Shown here piece by piece: positions 56,340-64,000 of a DNA stretch of 64,000 nt (position 1 is its first letter; each line of letters begins with the position of its first letter). The position numbers were made by a program, and so were the translations under genes. This stretch comes from a virus (taxonomy: Duplodnaviria > Caudoviricetes): the IMG/VR virus record IMGVR_UViG_3300048854_000081, positions 64,001 through 128,000 of that record; one strand, written 5' to 3'. Under the pieces are notes generated by a model. It was not told where the DNA came from. It did no database searches and saw only the letters and a program-made list of their open reading frames with translations.

Positions 56340-57271
56340 CATACTGCCATTTTTGGCTTATTCTTAAAATCCGGATGTGCTTCGTATTCAGTAGTAAAGA
56401 TAAAATCCTCATACTCTAAATTGAATAGATCATCAAGTGTCTTGATATCTTTTACAATCTCTAGCTTTGGCAGTTCATACGGTTCACGTAATACTTGATC
56501 TGATGCCATTTCGATTTGATTATCATAAATGTGGACATCGTTACCAAAATAAGCCAGATGACCCGATTCCAGACCAAGATATTTGGCAAAAGCCATGTTA
56601 AGCAATGCATAGCCCATAAAATTGAATGGTCCGCCATAGAGCCAATCATGTGAACGCATCACAAAAGATGAGTTGAGCTTGCCATCAAGAATCTGATATT
56701 GATTGTACAAATGGCATGGTGGGAGAGCCATTTCATGTAGCTGTTGAGGGTTCCATCCCGAAATGATATGGCGACGACCATTTGGGTCTTTCTTCATACC
56801 TTCAAGAATGGCGATTACCTGATCTACACCGCTATCATCATTCTTACGAAAATTCTTATTTCTTGGATCATTAGGATTCATCTTACCCGGATCAAAATAA
56901 GGCATATCATAATCACCACCAAAATTACGCCACTGGAAACCGTAACCTTTACCCATGTGACCTTCAGGAAGATATGTCAGTCCGCGATTATCAAGAAATT
57001 CTCTGGTGGTATTACCCTTCCAAATATTGATCTTCTTGGCTTCCAGCTTCTTCGTATCAGTTTCACCACGTAGCATCCACCACGTTTCCTCAAATGCGAT
57101 ACGGAAGGATGTCTTACGCGTTGTAGTGATCGGGAAGCCGTCAGCTAGATCGATGTCTATCATGGCTCCCCAAATGGCTCTAGAGCCTACTCCGGTACGG
57201 TCTGGACGATCTACACCTGTCTCTAAGATACGCTTCATCGTATCCAAATATTGTCTATCAAAACTATTCAT
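56339..57271 (-). CDS. thyA: thymidylate synthase
   Basis: DRTGVG, YGFQWR, ALPPCH, RS.D...G.PFN, HIY.N, C-terminal MAV. Confidence 0.95.
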   Translation of the reverse strand: MNSFDRQYLDTMKRILETGVDRPDRTGVGSRAIWGAMIDIDLADGFPITTTRKTSFRIAFEETWWMLRGETDTKKLEAKKINIWKGNTTREFLDNRGLTYLPEGHMGKGYGFQWRNFGGDYDMPYFDPGKMNPNDPRNKNFRKNDDSGVDQVIAILEGMKKDPNGRRHIISGWNPQQLHEMALPPCHLYNQYQILDGKLNSSFVMRSHDWLYGGPFNFMGYALLNMAFAKYLGLESGHLAYFGNDVHIYDNQIEMASDQVLREPYELPKLEIVKDIKTLDDLFNLEYEDFIFTTEYEAHPDFKNKPKMAV

Positions 57272-57499
57272 TCATTTTTTCTCATATTTTTTCTTAATAA
57301 AGGAATCTACTTTTTCGTAACCCCTTTCTTCGGACTCTAGTGAGAATCCTCTATATTCAACCTCAGCAGGATAGACTTCGTTAATAGTACCATCACTATT
57401 TTGTGAGATTACTATTGCGACACCAAACGTATGCAATATACGGTTTATCCACCACAATAACCCACTATCCTGTAACTCTTTCCACGTCATCTTTTTCAT
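57272..57499 (-). CDS. hypothetical protein
   Basis: GLLWWINRILHTFG; coupled ORF. Confidence 0.75.
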   Translation of the reverse strand: MKKMTWKELQDSGLLWWINRILHTFGVAIVISQNSDGTINEVYPAEVEYRGFSLESEERGYEKVDSFIKKKYEKK

Positions 57500-57702
57500 A
57501 ATATCACTATATCTTTTACGTCTTTCAAATAATCAGTATCTCTAAATAGTTCCCCTTTTGAACAGGAACAATATGCTAAGAGACGATATTTGTCATGCCA
57601 TGCACACGACATATCAATAACCCCATTGTCTCCACAAGTCTCACATGCTACAGGAAGATCATAATGAGTATCTAATAGGTGGTCCCATCTATTGTTAGGC
57701 AT
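57496..57702 (-). CDS. small Cys-rich protein
   Basis: CETC...CSC. Confidence 0.65.
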   Translation of the reverse strand: MPNNRWDHLLDTHYDLPVACETCGDNGVIDMSCAWHDKYRLLAYCSCSKGELFRDTDYLKDVKDIVIL

Positions 57703-58034
57703 TAGTCAAACACCGCGTCCCAACAACCACCTTTATAGAATGGATCATCTTCAGTAATGTTGATTACAGGAAATAGATCAATTAGTCGCTGCCTCAATGG
57801 TCCACACTTGATGTCCGATGGCATATAGCCTGTAACATCAGCATGATCGACATAATGATTTACATCACATTCCGAATAGGTTTCTTCGCCGATTTCATAC
57901 GGACTATCAAACTCATCCGTTGATTCAATCAATGCTGCAATGGCATCCCTATGTTCTTTCGACATAGGGATGTAAAAGTTCCACGTTTCACCTTCGTAAT
58001 CATTATGCTCAACAAACATATAATAGTTGGTCAT
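57702..58034 (-). CDS. acidic hypothetical protein
   Basis: E.ND.EGETW.FYI...YKGG. Confidence 0.75.
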   Translation of the reverse strand: MTNYYMFVEHNDYEGETWNFYIPMSKEHRDAIAALIESTDEFDSPYEIGEETYSECDVNHYVDHADVTGYMPSDIKCGPLRQRLIDLFPVINITEDDPFYKGGCWDAVFD

Positions 58035-59254
58035 GGTCTATCCTTAAAGGTTAACTTGCTTATGACATATCTTTTCGTACTGAAAGTATACAACACTTCG
58101 TAGAGTTGCCCATCAAAGTCATGTAGAGATTGTGAAATCCCGGCACTCATGGAGTGTGTGTCATACAATCTACTATCTTCGCTTAGTTTATCAAGCATTA
58201 TAGCTTCATCTTCCAAGGATAATCTGTCATAGGAAAATGAATACAAAATAGTATTATAAACTAACCCAAGAACGTTTTGACCCTCGGCTTCAATGGTTTC
58301 ATCCATAAAATCATTCCAATCTCTTTCCATACTTTCAGGAGTTGAATTGAAGGAATATGTTCTTATGATATAGGACTTAAGTCCGGCCATAAACTGACCT
58401 AGCTTCTTGCCATGTAGGCCGGTTGCATTGGCAACAATATCACCATTGTAATACTTCTTAAATTCAAGACTCTTCTCAAATTCCTTAGTAGCACTGGCAA
58501 CTTCAGCATCGAACTCCGGTCCAAAGAATTCGATAGCACGCTGATAATGAGCATCCCGCTCTTCGACAGTTAACTTAGGTCTATCTTCCAAGCCCTTTTC
58601 CTGAATGTAAGCAATCATCTTCTGATACATCTTGCGCTTGGAATTGCGAACACGGTCATTGTGTGACTGATCTTCCAGCGTAAAGTAAGCAGGATTGAAT
58701 AGTGGACTGCCGGCTGCATAAGCAAAGATTTCATCTTCGGTCTCAAATCCTTCCAGCCACGATTCATAGTCATAGCCAAGGAATTCTAAGATTTTCTTAG
58801 TGTCTCTAGATATGATGATGGATTTCTTGAAGTGATCACCCAAACGAAGCTCATAGACAAGACCATCATGACCATATTTCAGGTTGATGGAACGAGCCGT
58901 ACGACCGATGAAGTTACCAAGGTCATTCCAGCAAAAATAGCTCCATGCTGGTAGGAAATCGTCACTACTCATCGAGATAAAGTCTACCTGTACTCCTTTG
59001 AATTCAAAGGAGAAGAACATGTTGTTGTGATAGACAGTCTTAGGATTTATACGTTCCATGACTAAGGCTGGCACATCAATACCAGCGTTTTCCACCACGA
59101 TATCGATATCACCGAAGTCTTTCTTTTGATAAAAAGCTCGGACAGCCTTCATCTTTAGCTGAGGGAATAGACCCTGAAGCTCTTCGCACAGTTCAAAATA
59201 CTCGGATCGAGGAATTCTGCGTGCGTCTTTAATTGCGTTGCCGCCCATATCCAT
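58031..59254 (-). CDS. Pol-beta/PolX-like nucleotidyltransferase
   Basis: MGGNA, K.DFGDIDIV, VQVDF, LKYG..GL. Confidence 0.8.
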   Translation of the reverse strand: MDMGGNAIKDARRIPRSEYFELCEELQGLFPQLKMKAVRAFYQKKDFGDIDIVVENAGIDVPALVMERINPKTVYHNNMFFSFEFKGVQVDFISMSSDDFLPAWSYFCWNDLGNFIGRTARSINLKYGHDGLVYELRLGDHFKKSIIISRDTKKILEFLGYDYESWLEGFETEDEIFAYAAGSPLFNPAYFTLEDQSHNDRVRNSKRKMYQKMIAYIQEKGLEDRPKLTVEERDAHYQRAIEFFGPEFDAEVASATKEFEKSLEFKKYYNGDIVANATGLHGKKLGQFMAGLKSYIIRTYSFNSTPESMERDWNDFMDETIEAEGQNVLGLVYNTILYSFSYDRLSLEDEAIMLDKLSEDSRLYDTHSMSAGISQSLHDFDGQLYEVLYTFSTKRYVISKLTFKDRP

Positions 59255-59332
59255 GTTCCTTTTCAGTAGATAAGTAAAAACTCATTTGCTTTGATGCAGA
59301 TAAATACAGATTATATTGGAGTTCTTACCCAC

Positions 59333-60532
59333 ATGTCAAATGATTCAGTAAATGTCAGCATCCTAGGTCACGTACACGCCATTGAGCGCATCGCTGGCCG
59401 TCCTGACAAAGTTATGTTAGACAAATACAATGCCATCCATCCACAGAATATGGCACGCGTGATCGCACGCGCACTTGCTCATGAACCAAACTCGTCTATC
59501 TGGCGTCTAGCCCTAGGTAACGGTGGTACCACTTGGGCTTCCGATGGTTCTGTTATTTTTAAAACTCCAAACGATGGTAGTGATGGTAGTGGCTGGGAAT
59601 CCCGTCTCTACAACGAAACATACTCTGAAATCGTAGATGACACTAGTGCCCTTGTCGGTACTGATCCGGGTTCCGCTGACGCTAATAACGTCCGTCCGGG
59701 TGGTGGTGCTGATCCTTCTGACGATCCAGCCCCCGACAGTACAGTTTCACAGGAAGTTGGTACAAAATCCAATGTCGTTATTACCATGTATCTTAACGAA
59801 AATGAACCTACTGGTGAACTTCCAAACATGACCGATCCATCCCAAGGAACGGCAGACTTATTTTTTGACTTCAATGAACTTGGCTTATATTCCTCTGGTA
59901 AGCAAGCTCGTGACTCTTCCGGCTACAGTTCGGTCAATGTAGGCAACAAGACCTCTGCGGACGTCTCTACGCTAGCCCAAAGCACATCCTACAACGTGTC
60001 TATGATTGTTAATGGAACCGTCTACACGGCTGTCCTACGCACTCCTACATCGGGTACTGGCACGGGCGGATCAATCACTTACGGTGACATCTGTGAAGGT
60101 ATCAACGGTGGTTCATGGATTATCAGCGGCGATCCAATCAATAACTTTATCTATGTTTACATCACCGACGATTCCAATGGTGATTATCCTTCTATCCTAG
60201 GTAAGCAGTCTTATGGTTATTTGAACTTCGAAAGCAAGGTTGCCGGTTCTCTCTCGACAGTCAGCCTATCATGTACCTCAGGTTCGGTTAACGATTTCTT
60301 CAATAACTTGGTCTCTGGTATCTGTGGTAACGTCAACTATGTCGTCGTTCCGGGTCAGGCGGCTGGTGTGGCTAACGACTCCGTTAATCCGGGTAATGAG
60401 CGTGAAAGACTATTGACTCACCTGATCTTCTCTCCATTGAGAAAGACCAAGGGGAGTCAGATTATCATCACGTATACTCTGACAGTCTCGGTAAATCCGA
60501 CCACGACATCTATCGTCAACGAACTAGCCTAA
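59333..60532 (+). CDS. virion structural (baseplate/tail) protein
   Basis: Late promoter 59300; NAIHPQN, LGNGG, FNELGL, LLTHLIFSP..K, I.YTL. Confidence 0.75.
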   Translation: MSNDSVNVSILGHVHAIERIAGRPDKVMLDKYNAIHPQNMARVIARALAHEPNSSIWRLALGNGGTTWASDGSVIFKTPNDGSDGSGWESRLYNETYSEIVDDTSALVGTDPGSADANNVRPGGGADPSDDPAPDSTVSQEVGTKSNVVITMYLNENEPTGELPNMTDPSQGTADLFFDFNELGLYSSGKQARDSSGYSSVNVGNKTSADVSTLAQSTSYNVSMIVNGTVYTAVLRTPTSGTGTGGSITYGDICEGINGGSWIISGDPINNFIYVYITDDSNGDYPSILGKQSYGYLNFESKVAGSLSTVSLSCTSGSVNDFFNNLVSGICGNVNYVVVPGQAAGVANDSVNPGNERERLLTHLIFSPLRKTKGSQIIITYTLTVSVNPTTTSIVNELA

Positions 60533-60533
60533 G

Positions 60534-60560
60534 AAAAAGCCCACCTTATAGGTGGGCTTT
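60534..60560. terminator. bidirectional terminator
   Basis: AAAGCCCACCT-tat-AGGTGGGCTTT. Confidence 0.8.
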
Positions 60561-61133
60561 CAACTTCTGGACGATGGCTCTAATTCTGTCCATACCGCCT
60601 TCATTCCAATGCTCACAAGCAGCATCGAGCATGTCGAACCGCTCCTTCCACATGGAAGGACGTTGCCAGTCAGGCGTGTGAACGATATAGCCTAGATTAT
60701 GTAAGAGAATAGAGCGAATTTCATCAACCGTGACGTTCTTTCCTTCCATGGTCTCGGCAAGGATATTCTCCAAGGCAACAATCTTGAATTCATCCATAAG
60801 ATGATCCATATTCTTAAACAGGGTCTTACCATCAGGTAAAACCTCTACCTGCGTCCAGTCTCGTCCAAAATCGTTTAACTTCAGACAATCCATATTGTCT
60901 TGGCTCGTGTAAAGGAGCATATGGCTCGTATCATGTAAAAACATTCTACGTAGCCATCTTGTCGTGTTGAATCGCTTAATGTCATACCATGTCTTGTGGT
61001 TGATGAGGGTTACCTCATTATTTTCAACACTATATGCATGGACAGGACGGTAGCGTAGCCATTTATATGTGACTGGGAGTCCTGCCAGAACTGTCCCGTC
61101 ATAAATTGAATTTTTAACGTGTACGGTTTTCAT
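60546..61133 (-). CDS. hypothetical protein
   Basis: GGGAG RBS before ATG 61133. Confidence 0.75.
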   Translation of the reverse strand: MKTVHVKNSIYDGTVLAGLPVTYKWLRYRPVHAYSVENNEVTLINHKTWYDIKRFNTTRWLRRMFLHDTSHMLLYTSQDNMDCLKLNDFGRDWTQVEVLPDGKTLFKNMDHLMDEFKIVALENILAETMEGKNVTVDEIRSILLHNLGYIVHTPDWQRPSMWKERFDMLDAACEHWNEGGMDRIRAIVQKLKAHL

Positions 61134-61134
61134 G

Positions 61135-61189
61135 TGAACTCCCACAATATAGGTTTTGGAGTATATTGTGGGAGTTCAATCCATGTCAA
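61135..61189 (-). promoter_or_regulatory. RBS-sequestering 17-bp hairpin with overlapping sigma70 promoter
   Basis: TGAACTCCCACAATATA/TATATTGTGGGAGTTCA; TTGACA-N18-TATACT on minus strand. Confidence 0.7.
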
Positions 61190-61193
61190 ACTT

Positions 61194-61586
61194 TTAAACG
61201 GTTAGCTCTTTGAATGCTTCGAAGGTGAATCCTTCACCAAACGGAGCCAGTAATGGCTTAATAAATTTCTCCATGTCACTCTCAGATGAGCGATGACGTA
61301 AGAAGTTGATACGCTGGCGAACGTCTACAAGAGCACCTTCAGAGAAGATGACACTAGGGTCACGCTTGCGGATTAAGGCGTAGACGTAGTGATGGATGGC
61401 CTTGAGGTCAGACTCCCAGCGATAGCCACTGACTTGCTTGGCCTTCTCACCACCCCAAATCCATTCGTTAAAGTGCGTATCGACCTTGTACTTCTTGTGA
61501 CGGCCATCTGCGATAAACTTCTTCCACGATGCGCGGATAGCAAGGAACTGTTCTTTGGTAAAAATTGAGGTTTCGTTAGTATTCAT
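61194..61586 (-). CDS. hypothetical protein downstream of HD-Pth2
   Basis: AGGA RBS; HH..YALIR motif. Confidence 0.75.
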   Translation of the reverse strand: MNTNETSIFTKEQFLAIRASWKKFIADGRHKKYKVDTHFNEWIWGGEKAKQVSGYRWESDLKAIHHYVYALIRKRDPSVIFSEGALVDVRQRINFLRHRSSESDMEKFIKPLLAPFGEGFTFEAFKELTV

Positions 61587-61598
61587 GGTTTATTTTCC

Positions 61599-62465
61599 TT
61601 ATTTGAGTAGTTGAAATCTTGAAAACGCTTTACGATCTTTGCCGATAAGTGGACGGGAGGCCAGTGCGGTCGCCTGATTACCAATATCGGGTTCCTTAAA
61701 AATAGTGTAATCGATGCCCTGCGCCGCGAGTTCGTCAGCACACTTCATCAACTTTGCTTCACTCTTGATGGAGCAGAGGATCACCGAAGGGTGTTCATCA
61801 CCATCTTTAAGAAATTTTCTCCCCGACTCGATGGCAGCATGAGACGCCTGCACGGCCTGTTGGGCGGGGCTGAGGTCATTGCGCACGAGGACATACATGT
61901 AAGCATGATCGAAGAGCTTCTTACAGATTTGCTTGCCAAGCTTTTCAAGCTTCTTAAACTTGATCTTGAAGCTGTCAGACTCGATACCACCAAACATATT
62001 GGCGTTCGAATGCAACTCTGCGAGAGCCGTGATCATGAGGGTGCAGAGGTCTTTTGTGGAAAGATTCTGTGACAGGATGTCGTCCGCCTTCAGGGTATGG
62101 AAATCCATATCATGTTCGATCAAAGTCGAAATGACTGGGCGATTCGGGAAGAGAGTATCCCAAATTTCCTTAGACTGATTAGCGTGATCGGGGAAATGCT
62201 GCTTACCATCTGCGTCAACAGTGCGACAAAACGGCTTACCGATGTCGTGCCAGATGTTGTAATGCCTGATGGTCTTATAATCGTGAAGGTTACCAAGAAT
62301 CTGATCTTGATAGTCAGTAAACCATTGCGGTAAACGGAAGCCTTCTGTATCGCCAGAGATAAGGCGACGGGTATAACTCCAAACACTCAAACCATGCTGA
62401 ATAATGCTCTGGTTCTTGGCCTGCTTGGTGGCCTTCATGCTGTTAATGGTCTATGCAAGGTTCAT
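61599..62465 (-). CDS. HD-domain + Pth2-like fusion with in-frame UAG at codon 5
   Basis: HG.SV, HDIGKP, H...DH (HD); YVLVRNDL...QQAVQASHA, F.EPD....TA (Pth2-like); AAGGA-N9-ATG AAC CTT GCA TAG ACC ATT AAC AGC ATG. Confidence 0.8.
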
Positions 62466-62537
62466 TGTCGTATTTCCTTTGTTGGGTTGTGACCGGAACA
62501 TTCCGGATCGAGGTCTAATATACAGTATTTAGATGAA

Positions 62538-63380
62538 TCAAAACTGAATAGAATTTGTTATCCAGTTCTTCACCGCTTCTGGTGAGCAAGAATTCATGAA
62601 CTTAGTTTTACAGTTATTCGATATAAAGTCAAGATAGGCTTTATCATCCTTGTATCGCTCAATCAGGTCGATGACATCGCTGAAGTCACCCTTACATTCA
62701 ATGTAATCGATATTTGCTTCAAACTGGTGGCCGAACGGCAGCAATGTCGATATGTAAGGAGTGATGACCGGAATACCTAGGGCAAACGATTGAAGGTGCG
62801 TTCTGTCTAAGATGTCATTGGTCGCACCCGGCACAACCACGTTCATACGGCAGGTATTCATGGAAGACAGGTATTCACTCTGCTCTACCATGGTGAAATC
62901 TACTGGAACGCCACTATACGCTTTTAGTTTGTCGAGAACCAGATTGCGGCGCTCAATAGCACCGCCATATATCTTACATTTATAGAAGATACTACCATGA
63001 GGATCATATGATATAGAATCTTTGAGGGTTGAATAGTCCGACCAGTTCATGAAAGACATCGGTGCAAAGGGGATACATCTAGGATCGGAGTGACCCGTCG
63101 TGTGGAATTTAAAATAAGGAATGTCTGAATCTATCAGCTTGAAGTCCAACACATTGTAATGGAAATCTGAGTAATCAAAGATGGCTTTCTTTCCATCAAT
63201 CTCGACAGCAAAATTGTTATTATGCTTGGCATCTTTGACGGTGGTATCTTCATCTACGATGGTAACGGTTCCCATGTGCTCAAGATAGTTCAAGACATGC
63301 TTATAATGTGTAATATAATAAGCTTCTTGTGAAAGATTACACAATGTCTGACAGGCTTTACCGGGAAAATTGATTATCAT
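62538..63380 (-). CDS. glycosyltransferase-like protein (GT-B-type C-terminal half)
   Basis: EY...M......VPG....DR...S.A.G.P.I.P, YIEC..DFSD. Confidence 0.6.
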   Translation of the reverse strand: MIINFPGKACQTLCNLSQEAYYITHYKHVLNYLEHMGTVTIVDEDTTVKDAKHNNNFAVEIDGKKAIFDYSDFHYNVLDFKLIDSDIPYFKFHTTGHSDPRCIPFAPMSFMNWSDYSTLKDSISYDPHGSIFYKCKIYGGAIERRNLVLDKLKAYSGVPVDFTMVEQSEYLSSMNTCRMNVVVPGATNDILDRTHLQSFALGIPVITPYISTLLPFGHQFEANIDYIECKGDFSDVIDLIERYKDDKAYLDFISNNCKTKFMNSCSPEAVKNWITNSIQF

Positions 63381-63383
63381 ACC

Positions 63384-63732
63384 TTACCACGTTTTACAGT
63401 CAATATTATCATATTCGAAGGTTTTTAGGTCATACCACAACACAAATTGTAGGTGAGTACTACCTTCCAAGGCTGACATTATCTTACCAGCAAACGAATC
63501 TAATATATTACACTTCACAGTCACAATAAACCCGTCAAAGAGCACAGTATTTAATTTAGCGTACGTTGTGTAAATTCCAGCAGACCAGTTACATAAAAAG
63601 ACAGTTTTCCGTGAGAATTTCACTCTCTCAAACATCTTTATGAATTCGAACGGTTTGTCATAACCAGAAAAATCAAAACTTAATTCTAAATTACCATTCT
63701 CAATGCGATATGTCTGTGCCGTGGGATACATG
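63384..63732 (-). CDS. hypothetical protein (start uncertain, ORF track extends to 63764)
   Basis: GGAG RBS before MYPTAQ; CTAAATA at 63771 on minus strand. Confidence 0.6.
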
Positions 63733-63778
63733 CCTCTCCAAATCAATAAGGGGTGACTTCTCACCCCTTATATTTAGC

Positions 63779-64000
63779 TCAGTTTTTGTAGTGTCTGTTT
63801 TCTCTTCGTGTCGATCCATCGTAATGGAACTTGCGGAAATGATTGATTGGAGCGGCTAATAGGCTACCAACCTTCATCTTCTTATCAAACGTGTACTGGC
63901 AACTCAAGCTGGAAAGCGTCTGCTCATACCAATGTTCAAACTCATCGGAAAGGAACAACTGACGGTTACCTCTCTTATTGAACAAGAGCGGCCAGTTAGA
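63779..64000 (-). CDS. 3' end of a gene truncated by the window edge
   Basis: Open minus-strand frame ending at 63779. Confidence 0.5.
   Translation of the reverse strand, partial: SNWPLLFNKRGNRQLFLSDEFEHWYEQTLSSLSCQYTFDKKMKVGSLLAAPINHFRKFHYDGSTRRENRHYKN

Noticed and set aside
56339-57271. dCMP/dUMP hydroxymethylase for DNA hypermodification with the glycosyltransferases
   Set aside because: Canonical ThyA motifs including the dUMP-specifying PFN asparagine; the GT cluster is late and linked to structural genes
1-64000. Genome-wide TAG reassignment (code 15)
   Set aside because: Large conserved and structural genes are intact in code 11, and TAG terminates genes such as 10778-11137
1-64000. 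tRNA or rRNA genes
   Set aside because: No cloverleaf or T-loop context recognised by eye; tRNAscan-SE would be needed to exclude them fully

Overview
A 64-kb internal fragment of a large (jumbo, T4-superfamily-like) dsDNA phage genome in the standard genetic code. I found no tRNA, rRNA or CRISPR array. (1) 1-8.9 kb: a visibly GC-richer early/host-takeover region of ~30 tiny + strand genes driven by ~16 related sigma70 promoters (TTGCAT/TTGACA-N16/17-TATACT/TATAAT); it includes Rmf-like and bL12-CTD-like proteins. Hidden in it are five copies of a geometrically invariant cassette: an RTTCAG-N5-RTTCAG direct repeat (Pseudomonas-type PhoP box), a minus-strand -10, and a predicted 50-60 nt RNA starting GNGGAUGG and ending in a hairpin, placed back-to-back with a forward early promoter. 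(2) ~9.0-9.2 kb: a composition boundary with 29-bp direct repeats and A-tracts. (3) 9.2-14.9 kb: a tandem array of 12-13 divergent paralogs sharing a C-terminal (V/I)E(D/N)..(S/P)IEEFTxGxFxY motif, followed by an AAA+ ATPase. (4) 17-35 kb: Pth2-like protein, GMP reductase, Thg1, metallophosphoesterase, papain-like peptidase, T4-type topoisomerase II, nucleotidyltransferase, kinase-like protein, HD protein, NrdAB. (5) 36-56 kb: a six-gene glycan-synthesis cluster directly followed by large late proteins with mucin-like Thr/Pro/Ser stalks plus LamG/jelly-roll/beta-propeller heads. (6) 56-64 kb: ThyA, a second nucleotidyltransferase, a structural protein, an HD-Pth2 fusion whose best-supported start is followed by an in-frame UAG at codon 5, and another glycosyltransferase-like gene. 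All protein family calls are from motif recognition by eye, not database searches.
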